From NCBI GenBank assembly GCA_963767705.1, contig CAVYEO010000002.1, positions 1,404,353 through 1,468,352 of the forward strand: a stretch of DNA of 64,000 bases. Direction: 5' to 3'. The position numbers and the translations under genes are program-made. Shown piece by piece: positions 18,113 through 27,875 of this stretch (position 1 is its first letter; each line of letters opens with the position of its first letter). This DNA is from an uncultured Acidobacteriaceae bacterium (GTDB lineage: Bacteria > Acidobacteriota > Terriglobia > Terriglobales > Acidobacteriaceae). The notes beneath the pieces are model-generated. The model had not been told where the DNA came from, ran no database searches, and worked only from the letters and a program-made list of their open reading frames with translations.

Positions 18113-20095
18113 TTGGCGGCGGGTGTGCGCAATACAGAGGATGAAGTCCGTGGAGGTGATGGGGTGATCGAGCTAAGTTGGCTGCCGCCAGCGGCAGAGG
18201 CGTGGAATGCGCAGTTGACCGCGGCGGCTGCGAAAGAAACGCCGGCGGAACAGTGGGCGGCGCTGGTAGCTGCGGCGAATGTCCGCATCGATTTTATCCA
18301 GACGGCAAAGCTGGACCGAGTGGCGCAGCGGTTATTTGCAAGCGGGGCGCCTGCGGTAGCGGGCAAGCCGCTGCGGCTGGCAGTGCTGGGTTCCTCGACG
18401 CTGAAGCACCTTGTGCCGGCGATTCGCGTGGGCGCGCTGCGGCATGGGCTCTGGGTGGAGATTTTCGAAGGCGAGTATGGACAGTACCGGCAGGAATTAC
18501 TGGACACCGACTCTGCGCTGCATGCGTTCAAGCCCGATGTGCTGCTGCTGGCGCTCGATGCCTACCACCTGGCCGAGGGTTCTGGGGCGACAGCAGAGGC
18601 AGCGCTGGAGAACATGCGCGCCTGCTGGGCGATGGCAAAACAAATGGGAGCGGTCGTCATCCAGCAGACAGCCCTGCCTGTCTTTCCGCGGCTGCTAGGG
18701 AACAACGAGCAGCGGCTCGCGGATTCCCCGGCTGCGGTGCTGGAGCGGATCAACGCCGAGCTGCGGCCGGCGGCGGACCAGGCCGGCGTCCATTTGCTGG
18801 CGGTGGACAGCTACGCGGCCGAGCACGGCACGAAGGAGTGGCACGATCCAGTGCTGTGGCACCGCTCGAAGCAGGAAGTGCACCCGCGCGTGTCGCACGT
18901 CTACGGCGATCTGGTCGGGCGCATGCTGTCGGCGCTGCGTGGGCGCTCGGCGAAGTGCTTAGTGCTGGACCTCGACAACACGGTGTGGGGCGGGGTGATC
19001 GGCGATGACGGCCTCCACGGGATTCATCTCGGACAAGGCAGCACCATGGGCGAGGCCTATGTGGCTTTCCAGCGGTATGCGCAGCGCCTTGCCCGGCGCG
19101 GAGTGATCCTGGCTGTCTGCTCGAAGAACGACGAGGCAAATGCATTGGAGCCGTTTGAACGCCACCCGGATATGGTGCTGAAACGCGCGGATATCGCCTG
19201 TTTTGTAGCAAATTGGCAGGATAAGGCCACAAATCTTCGCCATATTGCAAAGACGCTCAATATCGGCCTCGACGCACTGGTCTTCGCGGACGATAACCCA
19301 TTTGAACGCAATCTTGTGCGGCAGGAGTTGCCGGAAGTCGCGGTGCCGGAGCTGCCGGAAGACCCATCGCTGTATATCTCGGCCATTGCGGAGGCGGGGT
19401 ACTTCGAGGCATTGACGATTACAGAAGAGGACCGCGAACGGACAGGGCAATATCGGGCAAATGCCGAACGCGAGTCTTTGCGGGAAGCAGGCACGGACCT
19501 TGAAGGCTATCTCCGTGGGCTGGAGATGGAGCTTGTGGTGGACCCGTTCAACGAGCTTGGCTTTGCCCGGATCGTGCAGTTGATCAACAAGACGAACCAG
19601 TTCAACCTCACGACGCGGCGTTACACGGAAGCGGATGTACGGGGGATGATGGCGGACCCGACCGTGCTCACGTATCAGTTTCGGTTACTTGACCGGTTCG
19701 GGGACAACGGCATGATCGCGCTGCTGATCGGGCGCCTGGATGGGGAGCGCGCACTGCTGATGGACACCTGGCTGATGAGCTGCCGCGTGCTGGGGCGGCA
19801 GGTGGAGGAGGCATGCCTGAACGTGCTGGCGGCAGGCGCGCGCAGCCTGGGAGCGGAGCGGATTATTGGCGAGTACCTTCCGAGCGCCAAGAACGGCATG
19901 GTGCGGGAACTCTACGGAAAGCTGGGATTTACACTGGAGGAAAGCGATGCCGAGGGAGCCACGCGGTGGGCACTGGACCTGGCTGGGTTTGTGCCGCGGC
20001 CGGTGATGATGCGGGTGACTGGCGCGGCGACAGTAGGAGAGCTTTCCGCGGAGGGGCTGGATGGAGCAAGCAGAGATCTACAGCAAACTTACTGA
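18113..20095 (+). CDS. FkbH-like HAD-IIIC family protein
   Basis: The CLVLDLDNTVWGGVIGDDGL (HAD motif I), ILAVCSKNDE and FADDNPFER blocks, plus a C-terminal GNAT-like region (GDNGMIALLIG...MSCRVLGRQVE), are characteristic of FkbH-domain proteins. The start codon (TTG 18113) is uncertain. Confidence 0.8.
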   Translation: MAAGVRNTEDEVRGGDGVIELSWLPPAAEAWNAQLTAAAAKETPAEQWAALVAAANVRIDFIQTAKLDRVAQRLFASGAPAVAGKPLRLAVLGSSTLKHLVPAIRVGALRHGLWVEIFEGEYGQYRQELLDTDSALHAFKPDVLLLALDAYHLAEGSGATAEAALENMRACWAMAKQMGAVVIQQTALPVFPRLLGNNEQRLADSPAAVLERINAELRPAADQAGVHLLAVDSYAAEHGTKEWHDPVLWHRSKQEVHPRVSHVYGDLVGRMLSALRGRSAKCLVLDLDNTVWGGVIGDDGLHGIHLGQGSTMGEAYVAFQRYAQRLARRGVILAVCSKNDEANALEPFERHPDMVLKRADIACFVANWQDKATNLRHIAKTLNIGLDALVFADDNPFERNLVRQELPEVAVPELPEDPSLYISAIAEAGYFEALTITEEDRERTGQYRANAERESLREAGTDLEGYLRGLEMELVVDPFNELGFARIVQLINKTNQFNLTTRRYTEADVRGMMADPTVLTYQFRLLDRFGDNGMIALLIGRLDGERALLMDTWLMSCRVLGRQVEEACLNVLAAGARSLGAERIIGEYLPSAKNGMVRELYGKLGFTLEESDAEGATRWALDLAGFVPRPVMMRVTGAATVGELSAEGLDGASRDLQQTY

Positions 20096-20321
20096 TATCT
20101 TCCGGGATATCTTTGATGACGACGCGCTGGTGTTGCGTCCGGAGATGACGGCCGCCGACGTGCCGGAGTGGGACTCGTTCAATCACATCAATTTGATTGT
20201 GGCTACCGAGGCGCGGTTCGGAATCAAGTTCCAGACCGCGGAAGTGGAGTCGCTGAAAAACGTCGGACACTTTGTGGAACTGATCCAGAAGAAACTTGCT
20301 GCCAAGGCGGTCAGGGCCTAA
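20061..20321 (+). CDS. Acyl carrier protein
   Basis: 86 aa with the phosphopantetheine-attachment context PEWDSFNHINLIVATEARFGI (DS motif). GAGGGG lies upstream of the ATG. The ORF overlaps the end of the FkbH gene. Confidence 0.8.
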   Translation: MEQAEIYSKLTDIFRDIFDDDALVLRPEMTAADVPEWDSFNHINLIVATEARFGIKFQTAEVESLKNVGHFVELIQKKLAAKAVRA

Positions 20322-20384
20322 TTCAAGCCGATGGAAGTGAACCCTTGGTTCCCGTAGCAGAACCGCAAATCCAAACGCCCGTGC

Positions 20385-21329
20385 ATGGGAGAGCGGATCT
20401 CCCTTCGCACGTATCTAGGGATCGCGGTGCTGGTGCCTGTCCTGACGCTGCTCGCGATGTTTCCACTGGCGTCAACGCAGTTCTTCATGCACATCTCCCG
20501 TAGGGCCATGTGGCATGCGACGGAGTACCGCTTTGTGATGGGGCGGCAAGACTGCGACGTGGTGATCTTTGGAGACTCCACTGGAATGGTGGACGTCGAT
20601 CCGCACCTGCTCGAAGCGCGTACTGGATGGAAGACCTGTAACCTGGCACTGCCGTATATGGTCACCTCCGTGATGGGAACGGAGGTGCTGGATCGGTATC
20701 TGGCACAGAACAAGCCGCCGCGTTTTCTTGTTCTCCACTTATCTCCGGGCCACCTGCATCGTCCGTATCTCGATGAAGACAACGGCGTTGTAGACGGCTG
20801 GCTGGAACTGGATGCTCACGAGTCGCACGGCAAGGCCGCATGGTTCTTTCTGAGCCATGCGAAGAAAAGCTTCTACTTTGCGGCGGAGGTGTTACGCCAG
20901 TTCCTCACCACGAACCGGGCAACCCATCCGGATTTCACGCAACAGACCTACAGCAAAGATATAGCGGCACTCCGGGCAGACGACGGCTGGTTTCCGCAAA
21001 ATGGGACCTATTGGCCAGCCGTGTGCGATCCAGTGATTGGAACAGAGCAGTACGATCGCAGTTACTTGGACCGCATGGTGGCGCGCTATTCTCGCCCCGG
21101 GACGCAAGTGGTGGTGTGGGCTGGTCCTGCCCGGACGTGCGACGCACGGTTGCAGAGTTATAGGAAAGGCCTGGCGTCCCTTCATCTGCCGGATCTCCGG
21201 GTATATCCGCCAAACATGTTCTCCGACGCCTACCACCTGAACCGGGAAGGGGCGGAGAGAAACACCGAGTCACTTATCAAGGCGCTTCTCGCGGACAACT
21301 CACAGCAGCAATCATCGGCTACAAAGTAA
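20385..21329 (+). CDS. Membrane-anchored SGNH/DltD-like protein (tentative)
   Basis: N-terminal TM helix (YLGIAVLVPVLTLLAMFPL), a VIFGDSTG block (GDS) and a late FSDAYHLN block (DxxH), consistent with an SGNH-type catalytic arrangement. The genomic context is with an ACP and an MBOAT. Confidence 0.5.
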   Translation: MGERISLRTYLGIAVLVPVLTLLAMFPLASTQFFMHISRRAMWHATEYRFVMGRQDCDVVIFGDSTGMVDVDPHLLEARTGWKTCNLALPYMVTSVMGTEVLDRYLAQNKPPRFLVLHLSPGHLHRPYLDEDNGVVDGWLELDAHESHGKAAWFFLSHAKKSFYFAAEVLRQFLTTNRATHPDFTQQTYSKDIAALRADDGWFPQNGTYWPAVCDPVIGTEQYDRSYLDRMVARYSRPGTQVVVWAGPARTCDARLQSYRKGLASLHLPDLRVYPPNMFSDAYHLNREGAERNTESLIKALLADNSQQQSSATK

Positions 21330-21344
21330 TCGAACACGCCACTT

Positions 21345-22883
21345 TCAAAACTGGAAATACAAGAAGCGGCTGGTGTTCTCCACAAACGTGAGTGAGATCA
21401 GGAAGGCCGCGGCGATGGCCAGGGCCCAGGCCAGATTGGGACGCCATAGAAGGTTGAAGCCAAAGACAGGCTTGGCGGGATGCACGCCTTCTGCCGATTC
21501 GTATTTCGCGAGGATCTCCTGGGTATTCGGCAGCAGCCAGACGATTGCAAAGAGAAACGGCAGATACAGGACAGATCTACTCGCATCCTGTATCTGGTGC
21601 AGCTGGATCCCATGCGCGCCGGCCATGGAAGCGAGCATAGCGAAGGCGCCGCGAGTAGAATCTGCGCGGAACAGCACCTGCCCGATGATGACGCAGAAAA
21701 AAGTGAGCAGGACACTGCCCGCATGCTGGAATAAGGCCGCCGTTCTGGAAGGCGGCAGCGCCGGTTTCCTGCCGAAGATGCGCCATCCATGATTGACGGT
21801 GAGATAAAAGCCGTGAGCCAGGCCAAAGAGCAGGAACTGCAAGCCGGCTCCGTGCCAGATCCCGATAATCGCCATGGAAACGATGGTGGGAAAAGCCACC
21901 ATGCTGGTGAAGCCTTCCAGGGTGGCGGAACCTTTGCGAGAGACCTTCTTGCCCTTGGCCAGGCGGCGCCGGTTCACGGCCAGTGAGATCGGGTTGTAAA
22001 GGTAGACCGTGACATAGCGCGTAAGCGTCATGTGCCAGCGCGACCAGAAATCGATGATATTTGCTGCCTTGTATGGGGAGTTGAAATTGAGCGGGAAGCG
22101 GATGGAGAACATGCGCGCCAGCCCGATGGCCATGTCCGAGTAGCCGGAGAAGTCGAAATAGAGCTGCATGGTGTAGCTGAGCGCGCCTATCCAGGCGCCT
22201 GCGGCTCCGAGCGCTCCGGGATGCGCAAACGCAGCGTCGGCAAAGGGCGCGATGTTGTCGGCGATAAGTACTTTCTTGAACAGCCCCATGACAAACCAGG
22301 TGAAACCGACGGTAAGGTCGTCCGCGCGCAGGGTGTACTTTCGCTTCTGCTGGAACTGCGGCATGATCTCGCCGTGGTGAAGAATGGGCCCGGCGATCAG
22401 GTGGGGGAAGAAAGTGACGAAAAGGACATAGCTGGGGAGGTCCCGGAGCTCGGCCGCACCCTGGCGCAGATCGACCAGATAGGCGATCTGGGTGAAGGTG
22501 AAGAAGGAGATCCCGAGCGGAAGCAGAACGCCGGCGAACTGGTGGTGAAGAATCGCGAGCCGGCCAAGCTCCGCCAGCGCAGGAAACAGGTACTTGTAAT
22601 AGCCAAGCAGCAGCAGGTTGCCGGCGACCCCGAAAAAGAGCAGCCTTCCACCCCACGTTTCATCTTCGCGAAAGCGTTGAATCAGGCGGGCACAACTGAA
22701 GTTGAACAGGACGGAAGCGGCGAGCAGAAGAACGAATTCGCGACGCCACACGGCATAAAAGGCGATCGACATGAAGCCGAGCCAAAGGATGACCGCACGT
22801 CTGCTGAACAGGCCGGCGAGCTGGTAGCCGATAAGCGCAATCGGCAGGAAAGCAAATAGAAATCCGAATGAGTTGAAAAGCAT
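21345..22883 (-). CDS. MBOAT-family membrane O-acyltransferase (AlgI/DltB-like)
   Basis: The start is set at the internal ATG giving MLFNSFGFLFAFLPIALIGY, the typical MBOAT N-terminus. The protein is polytopic and carries the conserved FWSRWHMTLTRYVTVYLY histidine block. Confidence 0.85.
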   Translation of the reverse strand: MLFNSFGFLFAFLPIALIGYQLAGLFSRRAVILWLGFMSIAFYAVWRREFVLLLAASVLFNFSCARLIQRFREDETWGGRLLFFGVAGNLLLLGYYKYLFPALAELGRLAILHHQFAGVLLPLGISFFTFTQIAYLVDLRQGAAELRDLPSYVLFVTFFPHLIAGPILHHGEIMPQFQQKRKYTLRADDLTVGFTWFVMGLFKKVLIADNIAPFADAAFAHPGALGAAGAWIGALSYTMQLYFDFSGYSDMAIGLARMFSIRFPLNFNSPYKAANIIDFWSRWHMTLTRYVTVYLYNPISLAVNRRRLAKGKKVSRKGSATLEGFTSMVAFPTIVSMAIIGIWHGAGLQFLLFGLAHGFYLTVNHGWRIFGRKPALPPSRTAALFQHAGSVLLTFFCVIIGQVLFRADSTRGAFAMLASMAGAHGIQLHQIQDASRSVLYLPFLFAIVWLLPNTQEILAKYESAEGVHPAKPVFGFNLLWRPNLAWALAIAAAFLISLTFVENTSRFLYFQF

Positions 22884-23002
22884 AAGCGAACTGGCGGAGC
22901 TGCGTGGGGTGCTGCGTCTATGCGCCACGCGTGCTTTCAACAGAGTAAATGCTGTCCTTCCGGACTGGCAGCCCAAGCGGTAACTTCAGCGCATCTGAGA
23001 AG

Positions 23003-24427
23003 ATGTCAAAGGCGATTAACGTTGTTGTAAGCGAGAGGGAGAGCGTGGACCGACCGGTATCGGATGCCCTGGTGTTTTTTGGAGCGACTGGCGACCTTGC
23101 ATACAAGCAGATCTTTCCCGCACTGCAGCGGCTGGCGAAGCGGGGCAAGCTGTTGGGGCCAGTTATCGGCGTGGCGAAGTCCGGGTGGAACCTGGACCAG
23201 CTGAAGGCCCGTGCACGGGAGAGCGTGGAGACCCATGACGGAGGCCTCGACCCGGAGGGCTTCGACAGGTTGATGCAGCTGCTTCGCTATGTGGATGGTG
23301 ACTACGCGGATATTGAGACGTTCCGGCAAGTGCGCGCCGAACTAGGCGAGGCAAAGCATCCGCTGCATTACCTGGCGATTCCGCCCAGCTTATTCGGGCC
23401 GGTGCTGGAAAAGCTGAAGGCCTCCGGCTGCGCGGAGGGTGCGCGGGTAGTGATTGAGAAGCCGTTCGGCCACGATCTCGCTTCGGCACAGGAATTGAAT
23501 CGCATAGTGCACAGCGTCTTCGATGAGAAGGACGTCTTCCGCATCGATCACTACCTAGGCAAGAACGCAGTGCAGAACCTGATCTATTTCCGGTTCGCGA
23601 ACACGTTTATCGAGCCGATCTGGAACCGGAATTACGTGGAAAGCGTGCAGATTACGATGGCGGAGAAGTTCGGCATCCAGGGGCGTGGGTATTTCTACGA
23701 CGAGACGGGCGCCATCCGCGACGTTCTGCAAAACCACCTCATGCAGCTTCTCAGTAATGTGGCGATGGAGCCGCCGACGGGGGGCGGGCCGGAGGCGCTG
23801 CGCGATGAACGAGTAAAGGTGCTGAAGGGCGTGCAGTGCCTGGAGCCGAGCAAGGTGGTGCGCGGACAGGTGGATGGATACCGCCAGGAGCCGGGCGTAA
23901 AGAAAGATTCCGAAGTGGAAACATTTGTCGCGCTCTCGCTGTGCATCAATTCCTGGCGCTGGAAGGATGTTCCTTTCTTCATCCGGACAGGAAAAAGCAT
24001 GCCGGTAACCGCGACCGAGGTCGTGGTGAAGATGAAGCAGGTGCCGGCCATATTTTCGGCTATCGAGCCGCCGCATAATTACGTGCGCTTCCGCCTAAGC
24101 CCGGACATGACAATCGCCATGGGCGCGCAGGTAAGACAGCCGGGGCAGGAGATCCATGGCATACCAGTGGAACTGCTGGTGACGCAGCACAGCAATCCTG
24201 AAGACGTGCTGCCCTACGAGGCGCTACTGGATGACGCGATGCACGGCAACCAGATGCGTTTCGCTCGCGAGGACTATGTCGAAGAAGCCTGGAGGATTCT
24301 GGAGCCACTGCTGAAGAATCCGCCGCCTGTGCAATGCTACAAGCCGGGAACATGGGGACCCGCAGCAGCCCAGGACATGATGAACAAGTGCGGCGGCTGG
24401 GTCGATCCGTCGGTCAGCAACTTATAG
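23003..24427 (+). CDS. zwf: Glucose-6-phosphate dehydrogenase
   Basis: [16 protein letters not shown] (NADP-binding site), the RIDHYLGKN active-site block and EKPFGHDL are canonical Zwf motifs. The start is placed at ATG 23003 (MSKAINVV). Confidence 0.93.
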   Translation: MSKAINVVVSERESVDRPVSDALVFFGATGDLAYKQIFPALQRLAKRGKLLGPVIGVAKSGWNLDQLKARARESVETHDGGLDPEGFDRLMQLLRYVDGDYADIETFRQVRAELGEAKHPLHYLAIPPSLFGPVLEKLKASGCAEGARVVIEKPFGHDLASAQELNRIVHSVFDEKDVFRIDHYLGKNAVQNLIYFRFANTFIEPIWNRNYVESVQITMAEKFGIQGRGYFYDETGAIRDVLQNHLMQLLSNVAMEPPTGGGPEALRDERVKVLKGVQCLEPSKVVRGQVDGYRQEPGVKKDSEVETFVALSLCINSWRWKDVPFFIRTGKSMPVTATEVVVKMKQVPAIFSAIEPPHNYVRFRLSPDMTIAMGAQVRQPGQEIHGIPVELLVTQHSNPEDVLPYEALLDDAMHGNQMRFAREDYVEEAWRILEPLLKNPPPVQCYKPGTWGPAAAQDMMNKCGGWVDPSVSNL

Positions 24428-24435
24428 GTAAAGCT

Positions 24436-26670
24436 GTGCCGGATACCGTACAAACGGAAGGAAAGGCAACAGGGCAGTCATTGGACCGGGTGGACGGCCG
24501 GGCAAAGGTAACCGGTACTGCGGCGTATTCTGGCGACCGTGCGTTGCCGGGTACGGTCCACGCCATGCTCGTGCAGAGCACTGTCGCGCGTGGACGACTG
24601 ACGAAGCTCGACACCAGTGCGGCAGAGGGTGCACCAGGCGTCCTCTACGTCATGACGCATCGGAACCGCCCGCCATTGCAATCACCTCCGGAGAAGTTCA
24701 CGCAGGATTTTCCCGCGGAGCGCCGAGCGCCGCTGGCGGACGATGCTATCCACTATGCCGGGCAGCACATTGCACTGGTGGTGGCGGGAACGCTGGAACA
24801 GGCGCACTATGCCGCGGGGCTGGTGAGGGCCGAATACGAAGCTGAGCAGCCAGTGCTCACGCCGCTCCAAGCTCTCGATGCGAGTTATGCCCCGGATCAC
24901 TTCGCCACCAACACGGAAGAGAAGCTCCAATCCAGCCGTGGCGATGTGGCGCACGGGCGCGAGGCCACGCGTGCGTCTCACGAATATCGTACGCCGGTGC
25001 TCACGCACAACCCGATGGAAATGGCCGCGACCGTGGCGCAGTGGCAAGGGAATGAATTAACACTCTTTGACAGCACGCGCTGGCTCTATGGCGAGCGCAT
25101 GGTCATGGCGCACATGCTCGGAATTGCAGAGGAGCAGGTTCATGTCGTCTGCGAGTTTGTGGGCGGAGCCTTCGGCTCGAAGGGGTTTCTGTGGCAGCAT
25201 GTTGCGCTGGTGGCGCTGGCGGCGCGCGTCGTCGAAAAGCCGGTAAAGCTGATGCTCACGCGGCAGCAGATGTTCACTTCCATCGGACACCGTCCGAAGA
25301 CTTACCAAACGGTGGCTCTGGCAGCAGAAACGACGGGTAAGCTAAGCGCGGTGGAGCATCATGCTCTCAACGAAACATCGCCTGTGGCGCACTTCGTGGA
25401 GCCGGCGGCGATGATGGCTCGTCACCTTTACAGTTGCGAGAATGCGGCCATCTCGCATCGTGTGGCGCCGGTCAATATTGCCACGCCCTGCTTTATGCGG
25501 GCACCGGGTGAATCGCCGGGGCTGTTCGCGCTGGAATCCGAGATGGATGCGCTCGCATACGCGTTGAGCATTGATCCTCTGGAACTGCGCCTGCGCAATT
25601 ACGCTGAAATCGATGAGCAGGAGCAGCGGCCATGGTCAAGCAAACAACTGCGCGCATGCTACGAGCAGGGGGCGCGCCGGTTTGGATGGAAGGCTCGCAA
25701 CCCGCAGCCCGGCTCCATGCGGCGCGGCCACCTGCGGGTGGGCTGGGGCATGGCAACGGCGGCGTATCCGGGGCGGCGCAGCCCGGCTACGGTGCGCGCT
25801 GTGGCGGGCCGCGATGGACGCGTCGTGTTTTCAACCGCCACGCACGCGATCGGCACTGGCACGGCAACGGTGATGGTGCAGATTGCCGCAGATGCCCTAG
25901 GCGTGCCTGCGGAGCGCATTGAATTCCGGCTGGGTGATACGGCGTTTCCAAAGGCGCCGGTGGCTGGCGCATCGCAGACCACCGCAAGCGTGGGGCCCGC
26001 GGTCAATGCGGCGGCCGAAGCCCTGCGCGCGAAACTGATCGGGACGGCGGTGGGCGACACGGCATCGCCCCTCCATGGCAGAGAACCCTCAGAGATAAAA
26101 CTGGAGCGCGGACACTTGAACGCCGGAAGCGCTGCCAGCGAGGACTACACTGCAGTGCTCGGGCGCATGCAGATGCCACAACTCGAGGCGGAAGGAGAGG
26201 CGAAGCTGGATGACGAACAGAAGAAAAAATTTACCTTCCAATCCTTTGGCGTGCACTTTGCCGAGGTGCTTGTCGATACGCAACTGTGCCAGTGCCATGT
26301 GTCGCGGTGGGTAGGTGTCTTCGATCCCGGTCGCGTAATGAACCCGAAGACGGCGCGGAGCCAGGTGCTGGGCGGAATCGTCTTCGGCCTGGGTATGGCG
26401 CTGTTTGAAGAGACGATTTATGACCCGCGCACGGGGGGCGTGGTGAACCCGGACTTGAGCGAGTACCTGCTGCCGGTCAATCCGGATGTGCCCGAGATCG
26501 ACGTATCGTTCATCGACATCCCGGACGAGCGCTTCAACCCGCTCGGTTGCCGTGGGGTGGGCGAGTTGCCGATCACGGGAGTGCCCGCCGCGATTGCGAA
26601 TGCTGTGTACCACGCAACGGGCAAGCGCATCACAGATCTGCCGATCACGCCGGAGAAGTTGCTGGGTTGA
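24436..26670 (+). CDS. Xanthine dehydrogenase-family molybdopterin-binding (large) subunit
   Basis: The N-terminal LDRVDGRAKVTGTAAYSGD, GGAFGSK, later RAPGES and the C-terminal GVGELPITGVPAAIANAV blocks are typical of aldehyde oxidase/XDH large subunits. The in-frame GTG at 24436 is used because the upstream part of the ORF overlaps zwf. Confidence 0.85.
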   Translation: MPDTVQTEGKATGQSLDRVDGRAKVTGTAAYSGDRALPGTVHAMLVQSTVARGRLTKLDTSAAEGAPGVLYVMTHRNRPPLQSPPEKFTQDFPAERRAPLADDAIHYAGQHIALVVAGTLEQAHYAAGLVRAEYEAEQPVLTPLQALDASYAPDHFATNTEEKLQSSRGDVAHGREATRASHEYRTPVLTHNPMEMAATVAQWQGNELTLFDSTRWLYGERMVMAHMLGIAEEQVHVVCEFVGGAFGSKGFLWQHVALVALAARVVEKPVKLMLTRQQMFTSIGHRPKTYQTVALAAETTGKLSAVEHHALNETSPVAHFVEPAAMMARHLYSCENAAISHRVAPVNIATPCFMRAPGESPGLFALESEMDALAYALSIDPLELRLRNYAEIDEQEQRPWSSKQLRACYEQGARRFGWKARNPQPGSMRRGHLRVGWGMATAAYPGRRSPATVRAVAGRDGRVVFSTATHAIGTGTATVMVQIAADALGVPAERIEFRLGDTAFPKAPVAGASQTTASVGPAVNAAAEALRAKLIGTAVGDTASPLHGREPSEIKLERGHLNAGSAASEDYTAVLGRMQMPQLEAEGEAKLDDEQKKKFTFQSFGVHFAEVLVDTQLCQCHVSRWVGVFDPGRVMNPKTARSQVLGGIVFGLGMALFEETIYDPRTGGVVNPDLSEYLLPVNPDVPEIDVSFIDIPDERFNPLGCRGVGELPITGVPAAIANAVYHATGKRITDLPITPEKLLG

Positions 26671-26685
26671 TTGGGCCACTTTGCC

Positions 26686-27861
26686 CTATACGGCCCGCCC
26701 GGCGCATACGCCGGAGGCCCATGCCCATTGAAAATTGAACCCGCCGAGATGCCCGGTGACGTCAACAACCTCGCCGATGAAGAAAAGTCCAGGTATCTTG
26801 CGGCTCTCCATGGTCTTGGCGAAAAGCTCGTCGGTGTCCACGCCACCTGCCGTGACCTCGGCCTTGCCGAAGCCCTCTGTGCCGGACGGGATGACTTCCC
26901 AGTTATGGAGCTGTTGTTCGAGCCCCACCAGGGAACTGTTTGTCCAATCCGCCGGGGCATGGAGGTCGACCCAACGCTCGGCCAATCGTTGGGGGAGGAG
27001 CGTGCGCAGCGAATCCTTTGCTGCTGCGAGCGTTCGTCCGGCAGAGCGGCTGCGAAGGCCGTGTGTCCATTCCGCGCCGGGTGCGAGGTCGATGACGAGT
27101 GGCTGCGCAGGCTGCCAGTAAGACGAGATCTGGAGAATTGCCGGGCCGCTCAGGCCGCGATGCGTGATGAGCATCTTTTCGCGGAAGCGCTGGCCGCCAG
27201 TCGAGGCGACAACTTCTGCGGAGACGCCGCTGAGGTCGCACCAGCACTGATGATCCTGATCCCCGAAAGTGAGCGGAACGAGCGCGGGACGGCAAGCGCG
27301 AATAGCCAGGCCGAACTGCCGTGCGATGTTGTACCCGAAGTCGGTTGCGCCCATTTTGGGGATCGAGAGGCCGCCGGTGGCTACAACCAGCGTGGGTGCG
27401 GTGAATGCGCTATTGCCTGTCCGTAATACGTACCCGTTTCTGTGCTCTATCGCCGTTACGCGAGTATTCAGATGAATCTGCACGCCTGCTGCATCGCACT
27501 CCACTTGGAGCAGGGCGACGATATCGCTCGCGCTGCGGTCGCAAAAGAGCTGGCCGAGCGTCTTCTCGTGGTAGGGAATGCGGTGCTTCTGGACCAGAGA
27601 AATGAAGTCCTGCGGCGTGTAGCGGGCGAGCGCGGACTTGGGGAAGTGCGGATTGCCGGAAAGAAAGTTCTCCGGGGTGCAGTGCCGGTTGGTGAAGTTA
27701 CACCGGCCGCCGCCGGAGATGAGGATTTTCTTGCCGATACGGTCGGCATGGTCGAGCACGGCGACCCGCCGGCCGCGCTTGCCGGCCTCGATGGCGCACA
27801 TGAGCCCCGCGGCCCCGGCGCCCAGTACAAGCACGTCATAGGCGCGCGCGGATCGAGCCAT
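26686..27861 (-). CDS. HI0933/YhiN-family NAD(P)/FAD-dependent oxidoreductase
   Basis: The start is at the internal ATG giving MARSARAYDVLVLGAGAAGLMCA (a GxGxxG dinucleotide fold), followed by GKKILISGGGRCNFTN and a C-terminal GLFFIGEVVDVTGHLGGFNFQWAW block typical of this family. Confidence 0.8.
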   Translation of the reverse strand: MARSARAYDVLVLGAGAAGLMCAIEAGKRGRRVAVLDHADRIGKKILISGGGRCNFTNRHCTPENFLSGNPHFPKSALARYTPQDFISLVQKHRIPYHEKTLGQLFCDRSASDIVALLQVECDAAGVQIHLNTRVTAIEHRNGYVLRTGNSAFTAPTLVVATGGLSIPKMGATDFGYNIARQFGLAIRACRPALVPLTFGDQDHQCWCDLSGVSAEVVASTGGQRFREKMLITHRGLSGPAILQISSYWQPAQPLVIDLAPGAEWTHGLRSRSAGRTLAAAKDSLRTLLPQRLAERWVDLHAPADWTNSSLVGLEQQLHNWEVIPSGTEGFGKAEVTAGGVDTDELFAKTMESRKIPGLFFIGEVVDVTGHLGGFNFQWAWASGVCAGRAV

Positions 27862-27875
27862 GGAGCCGTCTGCGG

